DNA of 20,000 nucleotides. Source: Lama guanicoe (Eukaryota). A program made the translations under genes and the position numbers. Position 1 is the first letter of the stretch. Every line of letters starts with the position of its first letter. The stretch lies in the NCBI GenBank assembly GCA_013239625.1, contig MU053347.1, forward strand, positions 64,661 through 84,660. The letters run 5' to 3'. Shown here one piece after another: positions 11,561 to 20,000 of this stretch. Under the pieces are notes generated by a model that saw only the letters and a list, made by a program, of their open reading frames with translations, was not told the DNA's origin and searched no databases.

Positions 11561-11742
11561 ATGCAGGGGTGCAGGAGTGTACGCAGCAGAAAGGTGTAAG
11601 TGGTGGCAGGGGTGAAGGGGCTTTGGGGGATGCAGGCAGTTCAGGGAATGTGGGGGTGCAGGCAGTGCAGAAATGCAGAGAGTGGCAGGGGTACAGAGGT
11701 ATAGGGAGTGTAGGGGTGCAGGGAGGTGCTCAGGCAAGTGCA
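11561..11742 (+). repeat. Degenerate G-rich ~8-bp simple repeat (GGGGTGCA)n
   Basis: Recurrent ggggtgcag / ggggtacag / ggagtgtag / gcagtgcag units immediately left of the large array. Confidence 0.7.
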
Positions 11743-11789
11743 CATCCTCACAGTCAGCCTGACCACGGGAGGCTAGTGCAATGGTTTGG

Positions 11790-13850
11790 GGCGGCTGAGG
11801 CGGCGGCGGCTGCGGGTGGGAGGCTGCCCGGGCAAGCCGGCCGATTTCTTCTCTTCCCTGCAGCCTGGCCTGGAGGGGCCTTGGCCGCCAGAGATTCGCC
11901 AGATGTTGGACTCCAGGTAAGCTTGCTCCTGGGAGGTGGGGCGGTTAGGTCAGCGGGCGGCGGCAGCGGCAGGGGGGCAGAGCGGGGCTGCCTCTGACGA
12001 ACTGGTGGAATAGCTGCCTTGTCCCGGCTGCCGGGCCTGGGAGCGGCGTCTGCTGCCCCAGGTCGCCGGACACACCTGTCCCACTCAGCTTCCTGAGTGG
12101 GGAGTGGAGGCGGTGTCGTTAAGGTGCGGGGCTCACGGGGGGGAGGGGGGCTGCCGCGGGGAAGCCGGTCAATTCGCCCCGCTCTCTCCCGCGGCGGAGC
12201 CTGGGAGCGGCCTCCGCTGCCCTAGAGGCGGGACGCCGGTCTCCAGGTGACCTTGCTCCTGAGAGGCGGGGGCGGCGGAGCCAGGCGGAGGGGACCGTTC
12301 CAGGGAGCTGCTCCATTTCTTCTCTCCCCCGCGGCCTGGTCTGGGGGCGACCTCTGCCGCCGGAGATTTGCCTGAGTTCCGACTCCAGGTGAGCTTGCTC
12401 CTGGGAGATGGTTGTGGTGCGGTCAGGAGCTGGTAAGTTGGTGGCTGCGGGGATAGGGAGGCTGCCCCGGGGTAGCTTGTGGATTAGCTCCATGTCTGCA
12501 CCTCATGGCCTGCATACGGCCTCTGCTGCCCCAGGTTCCGGGACACCCCTGTCCCACTTAGCCAACTTGGGGCGGGAGGCAGGGTAGTCAGGGTGCAGGG
12601 GTGGTGGGGGTCGGGGGCCTGCAGAGGGGAAGCGGGCCCATTTGCTCCCATCTTCCCCGCGGCTTGTCCTGGGGGCGGTCTCTGTTGCCCTGGGTTACGG
12701 GACACGTGTATCCTAGTCAGCCTGACCCTGGGAGGTGGGCGTTGTACGTTGGGGGTGGTGGCAGCAGCGGCGGGTTTTCCCATGAAGCCGGCCCATTTGC
12801 TCCCATTTCCCCTCATGATTTGCCCTGGGGGCGTTCCCTGTTGCCCCAAGTTCGCCGGACGTCCATCTCCAGGTCAGCCTGCTCGCTAGAGGAGGCCACC
12901 GTGAGGTTAGGGGGCAGGAGTGGTGGCTGCTGCGGGGGGATGGGTATGCCTTGGGGAGTTGGTGGATTGGCTTCAGTCTCCCCGATGGCCTGCTGTGGGA
13001 GTGGCCTCTCCTGCTCCAGATCAGCAGACACACCCGTCCCATTCAGCCTGCTGGGGGAGGGGCGCCCTGGGCATTGCCTTTAAGGTGCGGGGATGGCGAA
13101 GGCAGGGGTAGAGGACCTGCAGCGCGGAGCTTGTCAATTTGCTCCCCTCTTCCCCGCGGCCAATCCTGGGGGCGTCCTCTGCTGCCCAAGAAGCCGGATG
13201 CCCGTCTCCAGTTCAGCTTGCTCCTGGGAGGCGGACGCGATGAGGTCGAGGGCAGGTGCAACCGGCCGTCGCAGCTGCCTAATGGGGCCACTTCTTGTCC
13301 TTTCCCCTGACCTAGCCTGGGGACGACCTCTCCCGCCCAAGATTCGCCTGACACTCCACACCAGGTCAGGTTGCTCTTGGGAGGTGGGCACGGTGAGATC
13401 AGGGGTTGGAGAGGAGAGGGGTGCTATCTATTGCGAGCTGGAGGATAACCTCCCATCTCTCTGGAGGCCTGATGTGGGGGCGGCCTCTGCAGCCCTCGTT
13501 CCCAGGTCACCCTTCTCAGGGTCATATTGCCCCGGGGGTGAATTAAGGTGCGGGGCGGCGGGGTGATGGCGAGGGTATGAAGCCTGCCACTTGGGAGCTA
13601 GTTGTTTAGCTCCCATCTCCCCAGCAGCTTCGCCTGGTGGCAGCCTCTGTTGCCCCAGGTTGCAAAGCACAGTTTCCCTGACAGCTTAGCCACCAGAGGT
13701 GGGCACGATGTGCTGAAGGGCAGAGGCAGCCACCAAGGCAGCGACGGAGGGGGCTGTCCCTGGCCAGCTGGTCTATTTGTTCCCATCTCTAACTTTGCTG
13801 TCCTTCTCCAGTTTATCCTTCTCCTGGGAGTTGGGCACAGTGCATGCAGC
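11790..13850. repeat. GC-rich tandem array: ~13 diverged ~160-bp monomers with ~470-490-bp trimeric higher-order structure
   Basis: The motif chain 'ccatttgctccc...cctgggggcggcctctgctgcccc...ctccaggtgagcttgctcctgggaggtggg' recurs with the cctctgctgcccc anchor near 11880, 12048, 12211, 12351, 12520, 12679, 12835, 13005, 13176, 13327, 13484 and 13644, plus a truncated unit near 13800. Every third monomer is more similar. Confidence 0.88.
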
Positions 13851-14137
13851 CCAAGGTCTGGGCTCGCCCCTGGGGAGGGGCAGAGCTCTCTTCTTCTCCT
13901 TTGTCTTTATTCTTCAGCGAAGGGGTTACTTGACCCAATTCTTAATCCTGAGAATGTGTAGCCTGTGTTACGAAAGAGCTGCTGGACAGTGTGGTTTCTA
14001 GGTGGGTTTTCACATCAGCTGATGTCCAAGACAGGCAGGAAAGCTATTACTCAGAGCTTCTTAGTCTGGAGTTGGGGGATGGCCCCGCTGCCCTCACCAT
14101 ACTTTTTAAAAATGTGTTACTTTCCTCTTTTTCCTAG

Positions 14138-14241
14138 GTGACATTTATTGGGTCACAGATTGCTGGCACGCTCATCCCTGTTCTCAAACATCTTTTAAAC
14201 TTGGGTGAAGTGATAAGTAGGGGAAGATGATTTACTGAAAG
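14138..14241 (+). other. Candidate internal exon (104 nt, probably non-coding), origin unrecognised
   Basis: Strong acceptor 'actttcctctttttcctag|G' and strong donor 'AAAG|gtaaga'. All three frames contain a stop, and it does not resemble the MRAP2 transmembrane exon. Confidence 0.5.
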
Positions 14242-15216
14242 GTAAGAATACTTAAATTCGCATTAAAGCTACATTCTGTCAATCTTTCTAAAATGATTTT
14301 CCTCTGATTCTAAATCCACGACCTAGTGAATGTTGTACTCCTGTGTAAATCATTGATCTTCACATCACATTTGTTAAATGATCAATGAGATTTGTTAAGT
14401 AGATTATTCCTGAAAGGAAAAGCTCAGGCTTTTGAGAATTCCTTGTCTGATGTCACCCAGGGAGTCACAGTAGAAGACAGATCTGATATAAAAATCCCTC
14501 AGCTGCCTGAACTGCAAAGCTTCTGGGATTACCGATCCCTGAAATGCAGGTGACTCTTGATGATATTCTAGGGGATGATTTACATGATCAGATTCTTCCA
14601 GTCCTATAAATGGGTTCCGTGGCCCCAGCCCCGGGAGAACTGGACATAAGGGCCATATCGTGTGTAGAATTCAAGGTGTAAGAGCTGGAACCACTGAGAT
14701 TCCACACTCACTAAACACAGACTCCAGAGCCTAATTGTTGTCAGGTTCTGTTCTGGATTTCAGAGTTTGTTCAGGCATGATTCTTGCCCTTCAGGAGTCA
14801 CTGCCTGGGTGGAAGTATCCTTTACACAAATCTGGGAAGGATGGCAATAAAGTAGATGGTCTGTTATGTTTCTCAATGTGCCCAGTCTCGCTCTTCCAGG
14901 CACTCATGGGGCTAACGAGGGTCATGTTACTCACTCATTCACTGATTTATTACCCTTGAATTGATCATTTGTCCCACTTTAAGTGAAACAAGGGATCAGG
15001 AGCATGAGTTTTGTCCCCTGTTCTATCACTGATTGTATCTGTCAGTTGGGCGCCCTGCGTATGCATTGTGAAATGTTGGTATTTCTTGCCCAATGGGGCA
15101 GCACTGTCAGTTCTGAGAATCAGGGGAGTCTCCTGGGTAGGACAGCACACTGACACACATGGCACCACCCCACCCCGTGAGACAGCATTGTCGATGCTCA
15201 GGTGACCCGATGTAGA

Positions 15217-15387
15217 AGCGGTGTTAAACCTGAGAACGTTTAGTGATCTTGGCAGCTCTGAAAATACAGACTACCGGTCCCTACCTCTGGAGACGCTGAG
15301 TGACTGTACCCCAGAATTCTGCATTTTAAGAAGCACTTTAACTAATTCTGATGAAGATGATCTGAGTGTCCCATTGAGAAGCATTGT
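15217..15387 (+). mobile_element. MER5A-like hAT MITE
   Basis: 'gcggtgttaaacctgag...aaaatacagact...agaattctgcattttaagaagc...attctgatg...ttgagaagcattg' is collinear with the MER5A consensus. Confidence 0.65.
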
Positions 15388-15630
15388 TGTGCGATAGAGC
15401 AATATTGAGGATTCTCTGGGAACGATGTCTTTTCAGGATGGTCCAACGGCCCTCACTTGAGACTTTCGCCTTGGGTTTAATTGTATGAGTTCAGAAGTGA
15501 TGTCTCTCACTTCCAGTGCTTGTAAGCGTGCTCTGTGCAGAGACTTGCACTCAGTAGATGGCAAAAACTATGATTCTTCAGGTCACTGAGCTAGAGTGTG
15601 AACGATCTTTTATTTTGGTTTTCTTTATAG

Positions 15631-16020
15631 CAATGCAGAGTCTCCCGAGAAGAGATTCAGATTGAACAGATTTGTGTCAGACTTTGGAAGACCGCTTCTG
15701 CCCAAGGTGTTCTCTGGCAGCGCAATGATGAATCTAGGTCCCTCTTTCACTGCTACGTCAATGAGGTGGACCACTTGGACAAGGACAAAGCTAGTATCTC
15801 AACCATTGCCCTTGACAGTGATATTCGGCTCCAGGAAGCCATCAGATGCAGCAGGTGGCCAGAGGAGGAGCCAAACAGGCTTTTGAAATGTGACATCCCC
15901 AACTTCATCAACACGGACCAGAACTCTTCCTTTGGGGAAGATGATCTCCTGATTTTGGAACCACCATTTGTTCTAGAAGATAAGCCAGTTGCTCAGACCT
16001 CACACAAAGACTTGAATTGA
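15631..16020 (+). pseudogene. MRAP2: MRAP2 last coding exon, frameshifted partial copy
   Basis: After acceptor 'ttttggttttctttatag|C' it reads NAESPEKRFRLNRFVSDFGRPLLPKVFS, then a 1-nt deletion at 15715/15716, then QRNDESRSLFHCYVNEVDHLDKDKASISTIALDSDIRLQEAIRCSRWPEEEPNRLLKCDIPNFINTDQNSSFGEDDLLILEPPFVLEDKPVAQTSHKDLN*. This matches the human MRAP2 C-terminus (NAESSEKRFRMNSFVSDFGRPLEPDKVFSRQGNEESRSLFHCYINEV...IPNFVNTDQNYFGEDDLLISEPPIVLETKPLSQTSHKDLD). Confidence 0.9.
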
Positions 16021-17570
16021 GAAACGTGTTATGTCAAGTGTCTTTCTGAAGATGTGAAGTCTGTCTTTGTATGGCAGGAATTCCCCTTTCACAAAATTGT
16101 ATGTGTTTGTGTCTGAGAAAGAGAAATGGAGACAGACAGAAAGACGGAGACAGAAGAGCGCCCCCTCAGAAGAGAGCTAGTTAAGGTGAGTTTTGTGCCT
16201 TTAAAAAACATTTGGGGTTTTGTTGGGAACAAAGTATTTACACTGTCTCATTCTCCTCGTTGGAAACCTTGGCCCCATACTCAGTGTTAGCAGCCTTGAA
16301 CGGGGGCTGGCACGGTGCGTTTCATCTGGCGCTGCCACTTCCATGCTCTGCCTTTAGCATGTTGCTTTCCCTGTCAGGGCTACCATGCTTTTAACTGAAA
16401 GGAGAGGAGTCTGGAGTAGGTGATCCATCCCAGCTCTGCTGTTTTTCAAATTTCTGATTTCGTATTCGGATGAGGCTGGGAGACACCCAGAACAGTATAA
16501 ACCAGGCCCTACCTCCAGCCTATTGCTGGGGCATCCCTCAGGTCTGTGCCTTCTACTCAACCCTTTACTGAGCCCAGCTTTTGTCAGGAGCCCAAGTGCC
16601 TACCAAGATGGCAGGGGACGTCTCTCGTGGTCATGGTGGCCATCATTTCTTTTGGTTGTGCTGAAACAGCTCTTCTGAGATCCCCCGGCCAACCTTGCTC
16701 AAACCTGAGGACAACCCTGTTGTTTCTTTCCTAGGAGGATTATCAAAGCATGGTGCATTTTATGACAATCCTGTCCCCAGGAATGCACGGAAGGTTATAA
16801 GCTGAGTGAGGGGAGCTGCCTCTGTGTCCCTGTGTCCCTGAATCTCTATCTGCTCACAGTGCCCTGCCACCGGCTACTGAGCAAGAAAATGCTATTCACC
16901 ATGTTGTGTGTTTTGCAGACGTGTAGGTGATGGTCGTGTGGCTCGTGTGTGGGCTTTCAGCTGGGATGTTGAAGAGCTTATAAATACCTCACCAACATGT
17001 ATTCGAGGTGGCCTGGTGCCACACAGACTTCATTCGTGAAGGCATCAAGCCTGCACACTGGTTTGGAAACAACTTGGTTTTGATCAGTCACACTGCATGC
17101 ATGACTCGCTGCTAATATCTGGGTGGTTTTTCCATTTTAGATTTATTCACCCAGTGTCTTGCTTAAGCTGAAAAATTCATTTATTTCACTAGAATATTCT
17201 CTGATTCTTTGATTTCACACTTCCAGTTGTTTAATTCCTTTAAAAATTGTTCTGTGTTTATAATGCCTCCTTATTTCTATCATCTCTAGGTTCCCAGTGG
17301 CCTGAGCCATGCACCAGATTTTATTTAGGAACTGTTCCACCAAAAGAAATCCCCTCGCCATAATATCTTTAGAGGAAAATACTATTCTTTAAGACTCTAA
17401 CACTAAATCGTAGAACAAGCATGGAATATTTCTTGTAGTTAATACATGTTCATGCAAAAAAACTTGATATTTTCATTGAAGAATGTTGATTTTGATAACT
17501 TTCACTAATGTGAATATTATTATTCATAATTTAAGTAACCAAATAAAACCAGTTATTTATTATTAAGAAT
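16021..17570 (+). other. MRAP2: Probable MRAP2-derived 3' UTR
   Basis: Unique sequence following the stop codon that becomes AT-rich and ends near an AATAAA. The extent is inferred, not aligned. Confidence 0.5.
17542..17547 (+). terminator. Candidate polyadenylation signal
   Basis: AATAAA about 1.5 kb after the MRAP2 stop, in an AT-rich context. Confidence 0.5.
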
Positions 17571-17829
17571 GAAAACTATTTACATGGTGTCTCAATTAGA
17601 CAACTGAAATGTATTTAAAAGATGGAAAAATACCCGTGATGACACCATCTTTTTTATAAACTAAATATCAAGAACTGTGCAGGGTTAAGATTTGACCACC
17701 TGCAAGCTGCCAAGTTGGCATGAGGTAGTTTGTGGATGCTGCCAGAAGACAGGACACTCCCCCAGGATCAGAGTCAAAGGACTTCCTGCCAGCACAGCAG
17801 GCAGCCTGTGGTTCATGTTCATGTTGGTT

Positions 17830-18485
17830 CCTGAGTTCCTTTCCTATTGCTGTTGTAACAAAGGACCACAGACTCAGTGGCTTAAAGCAATACACATTCA
17901 TCTTCTCACTGTTCTAGGGTGCAGAAGTGCAAAGTCAATGTCCGTGGGCTAAAACCAACATATGGCCAAGGCTACATTCCACACCGAGGCTCTTGGGAGG
18001 GATTCATGTTCCTACCTTTCCCAGCTTGCAGAGGGGCTCACACTCCTTGGCCCAGGGCCCTGTTTCACTGTGACTTCTGCTGCCACTTCACATCTCTGTC
18101 TCTGACCAATCTGCTTCTGTCCTCTATGGACCTCCGTGATGACGTTTGCTTTCCCACAGTGATCTGCCATCCCAAGGTCCTTGACACTCACACCTGCAGT
18201 GTCCCTTTTGCCATGCACAGTGACATTCCCAGGTTCTAGGGATCAGACCATGGACATATTGGGGGCCATTATTCTACCAAATTCTTCCCTTTGGCCCCAC
18301 TGGTTCTTGTCCATCCCACATGCAAAATGCATCCACCTCATCCCAACACCCTCCAGAGTCTCATTTACTACACCATCAACTCAAAATCCAACATGTAGTC
18401 TAACTAATATCAGCTCAAAAGCCTAAATATTTTCATCCTCATCACCTAAGTCAGGCATGATTGAGACCCTGGGTGTGATCTTCTC
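17830..18485 (-). mobile_element. MaLR MLT1 (MLT1C/D-like) LTR (~17830-18278) plus adjoining internal fragment
   Basis: 'ttcctattgctgttgtaacaaaggaccacagactcagtggcttaaagcaatacacattcatcttctcactgttctag...ggacatattgggggccattattctacc' is a typical antisense MLT1 LTR, followed by 'cccacatgcaaaatgcatccacc...catcaactcaaaatcca' (MLT-int-like). Confidence 0.8.
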
Positions 18486-19370
18486 TGCTCAAAATCCTGC
18501 AATGGCTTCTCATTTCACTCAGTGAAGAAGCGAGAGTCCTTATGGTGACCTTACAGCTTTCCTCCCCCTCCCCAGGCTGAGCTCATCTCCGGTTTTCTCC
18601 CTGGCTCACTCCGTTCCAGCCACATTGGCCTCCCTGCTGGCCCTTGGGGACATCAGACATGTACCCACATGCCTGTTGCCCTGGCTGGTCTCTGTCCAAC
18701 TCATATGCTGAAGTCCTAAGCTCCAGGACTACAGAACATGACCCCATTTGGTAATAGGGTTGTTGCAGAGGTCATTGGTTAAGAAGAGGTCATTAGGGTG
18801 GGCCTTAATCCAGTATGACTTGTGTCCTGATAAAAAGGGGCAATGTGGACACAGAGACACGTGTACATGGGAGATGACGTGATGAAATGTGGAGAGAAGA
18901 CGGTCGTCTCCAAGCCAAGGAGAGAGGCCTGGACCAGCGTCTCCCTCCCAGCCCTCAGGAGGAACCAGCCCTGCTGACACCCTGCCTGCAGACTCCCCGC
19001 CCCCAGGGCTGTGAGACAGTGAGCCTCCGTGGTTCCCGTCACCCAGTGTGCGGTGCTGTGTTAGAGGAAGCTCAGCAACTAGCACCCCCTTCTCAAGGTC
19101 CTCAGTGAGGCCAGCTCTGGCCATCTCATTTTAAACTGGAAACTGCCTTCCCCTTGTCTCTGCCCCAGAAACCCCCTCTCCCTGATCATATTATTTCTAT
19201 CACTTTCTAGAATACCATATATTTCACATGACTGTGACGACTGTAGTTTATATTCTGCTCTTCCTCAGTCCTACAGGGAAAAGGATCCTTATTTGTTCAC
19301 TGACGGACCTCAGGTGGCTTGACCAGTACCCGTGGCACAGCAGTCAATACAAATTGGCCGGATGGAAGGA
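18486..19370 (+). mobile_element. L2a-like 3' fragment split by an MLT1 LTR
   Basis: 'ctgctcaaaatcctgcaatggcttctcatttcactcag', 'ttccagccacattggcctccctgctg', and the terminal 'ttgttcactga...tggcacagcagtcaatacaaattggccggatggaagga'. Confidence 0.65.
18674..19085 (+). mobile_element. MLT1B-like solo LTR
   Basis: 'tcatatgctgaagtcctaagctccagg...agggtgggccttaatccagtatgacttgtgtcctgataaaaagggg...caagccaaggagagaggcctgg...aaccagccctgctgacacc...ctgtgagacagt' is collinear with MLT1B. Confidence 0.82.
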
Positions 19371-19377
19371 GGGATCG

Positions 19378-19480
19378 TTCCTCACATTCACAGGTGAGTG
19401 AACGAAGATTTCAGGGGATTGAGTGTTTCGCTCAGGCCCAGAGCTGGTAAGTGTCAGGCCAAGGTGGGTTTCAGGTACCT
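19378..19480 (-). mobile_element. MIR fragment
   Basis: 'ctcacattcacaggtgagtgaac...gctcaggcccagagctggtaagtg' resembles the reverse MIR core. Confidence 0.45.
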
Positions 19481-19597
19481 ATGAACCTGAGGGAGGCTTG
19501 AGTGATTCCCTTTCCATTGATTAGTATTTCTCAGGTGTCTCTTTTTCTGGCTCTAACTTTTGACTTCTTTCTGTTATTCTACTAAGCTTTCAACCAG

Positions 19598-20000
19598 TTT
19601 TTTTATTTTTAATATTTTTATTGATGTATAATCATTTTACAGTGTTGTGTTAAATTCCAGTGTTCAGCAGAATTTTTCAGTCATTCATGGACATATACAC
19701 ACTCATTGTCATATTTTTTTCTCTGTGATTTATCATAACATTTTGTGTATATTTCCCTGTGCTATACAGTGTAATCCTGTTTATCTATTCTACAATTTTG
19801 AAATCCCAGTCTATCCCTTCCCACCCTCTACCCCCCTGGTAACCACAAGTCTGTATTCTCTGTCCATGAGACTGTATTTATGTTTTTTATTGTTTGTTTT
19901 TGTTTTTTAGATTCCACATATGAGCGATCTCATATGGTATTTTTCTTTCACTTTCTGGCTTACTTCACTTAGAATGACATTCTCCAGGAGCGGAGCATCC
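19598..20000 (-). mobile_element. Young LINE-1 3' end (camelid-type), antisense, running off the window
   Basis: T-rich tail, then 'tttccctgtgctatacagt', 'ccctggtaaccacaagtctg', 'tttagattccacatatgagcgatctcatatggtatt' and 'ctggcttacttcacttagaatgacattctccagg', typical of the reverse complement of an artiodactyl L1 3' UTR/ORF2 end. Confidence 0.88.

Noticed and set aside
13687..13705. CTCF-like motif GCCACCAGAGGTGGGCA (weaker ones near 11884 and 16158)
   Set aside because: Partial matches only, not preserved across monomers; a PWM scan or ChIP would be needed.
11790..13850. CRISPR-like array or true immunoglobulin switch region
   Set aside because: Mammalian DNA; monomers are homologous along their whole length with no unique spacers, and no Ig constant exons or dense pentamer repeats are present.
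14350..14388. Inverted repeat tcattgatc / gatcaatga hairpin
   Set aside because: Only a 9-bp stem in AT-rich sequence; too short to support a miRNA or structured RNA call.
15766..16020. Stand-alone 84-aa gene
   Set aside because: It starts at GTG and is simply the post-frameshift part of the MRAP2 exon.
17668..19910. ORFs in the right-hand 2.3 kb
   Set aside because: They lie largely within MLT1, L2 and L1 repeats and have no coding features.

Overview
Mammalian genomic DNA, most likely camelid (a Vic-1-type tRNA-Ala SINE and a young L1 3' end point that way). No intact protein-coding gene is present. The window holds dead, intron-retaining fragments of two genes that are unlinked in human. 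The first is POFUT2 exons 1-2 with their CpG-island promoter (minus strand, 158-1905; stops and frameshifts). The second is the last exon plus probable 3' UTR of MRAP2 (plus strand, 15631-~17560; 1-nt frameshift, no upstream MRAP2 exon found in the window). Between them is a ~2 kb GC-rich, G-skewed tandem array I do not recognise (~11790-13850): about 13 diverged ~160-bp monomers arranged as ~470-490-bp trimers, with a conserved 13-mer and repeated 5' splice-site motifs. A strong orphan exon (14138-14241) could join the array to the MRAP2 terminal exon as a chimeric non-coding transcript. The rest is ordinary old repeat content (L2, MIR, Charlie1, MER58, MER5A, MLT1) plus the SINE and L1. Gene and repeat identities come from recalled reference sequences, not database searches, and repeat boundaries are approximate.
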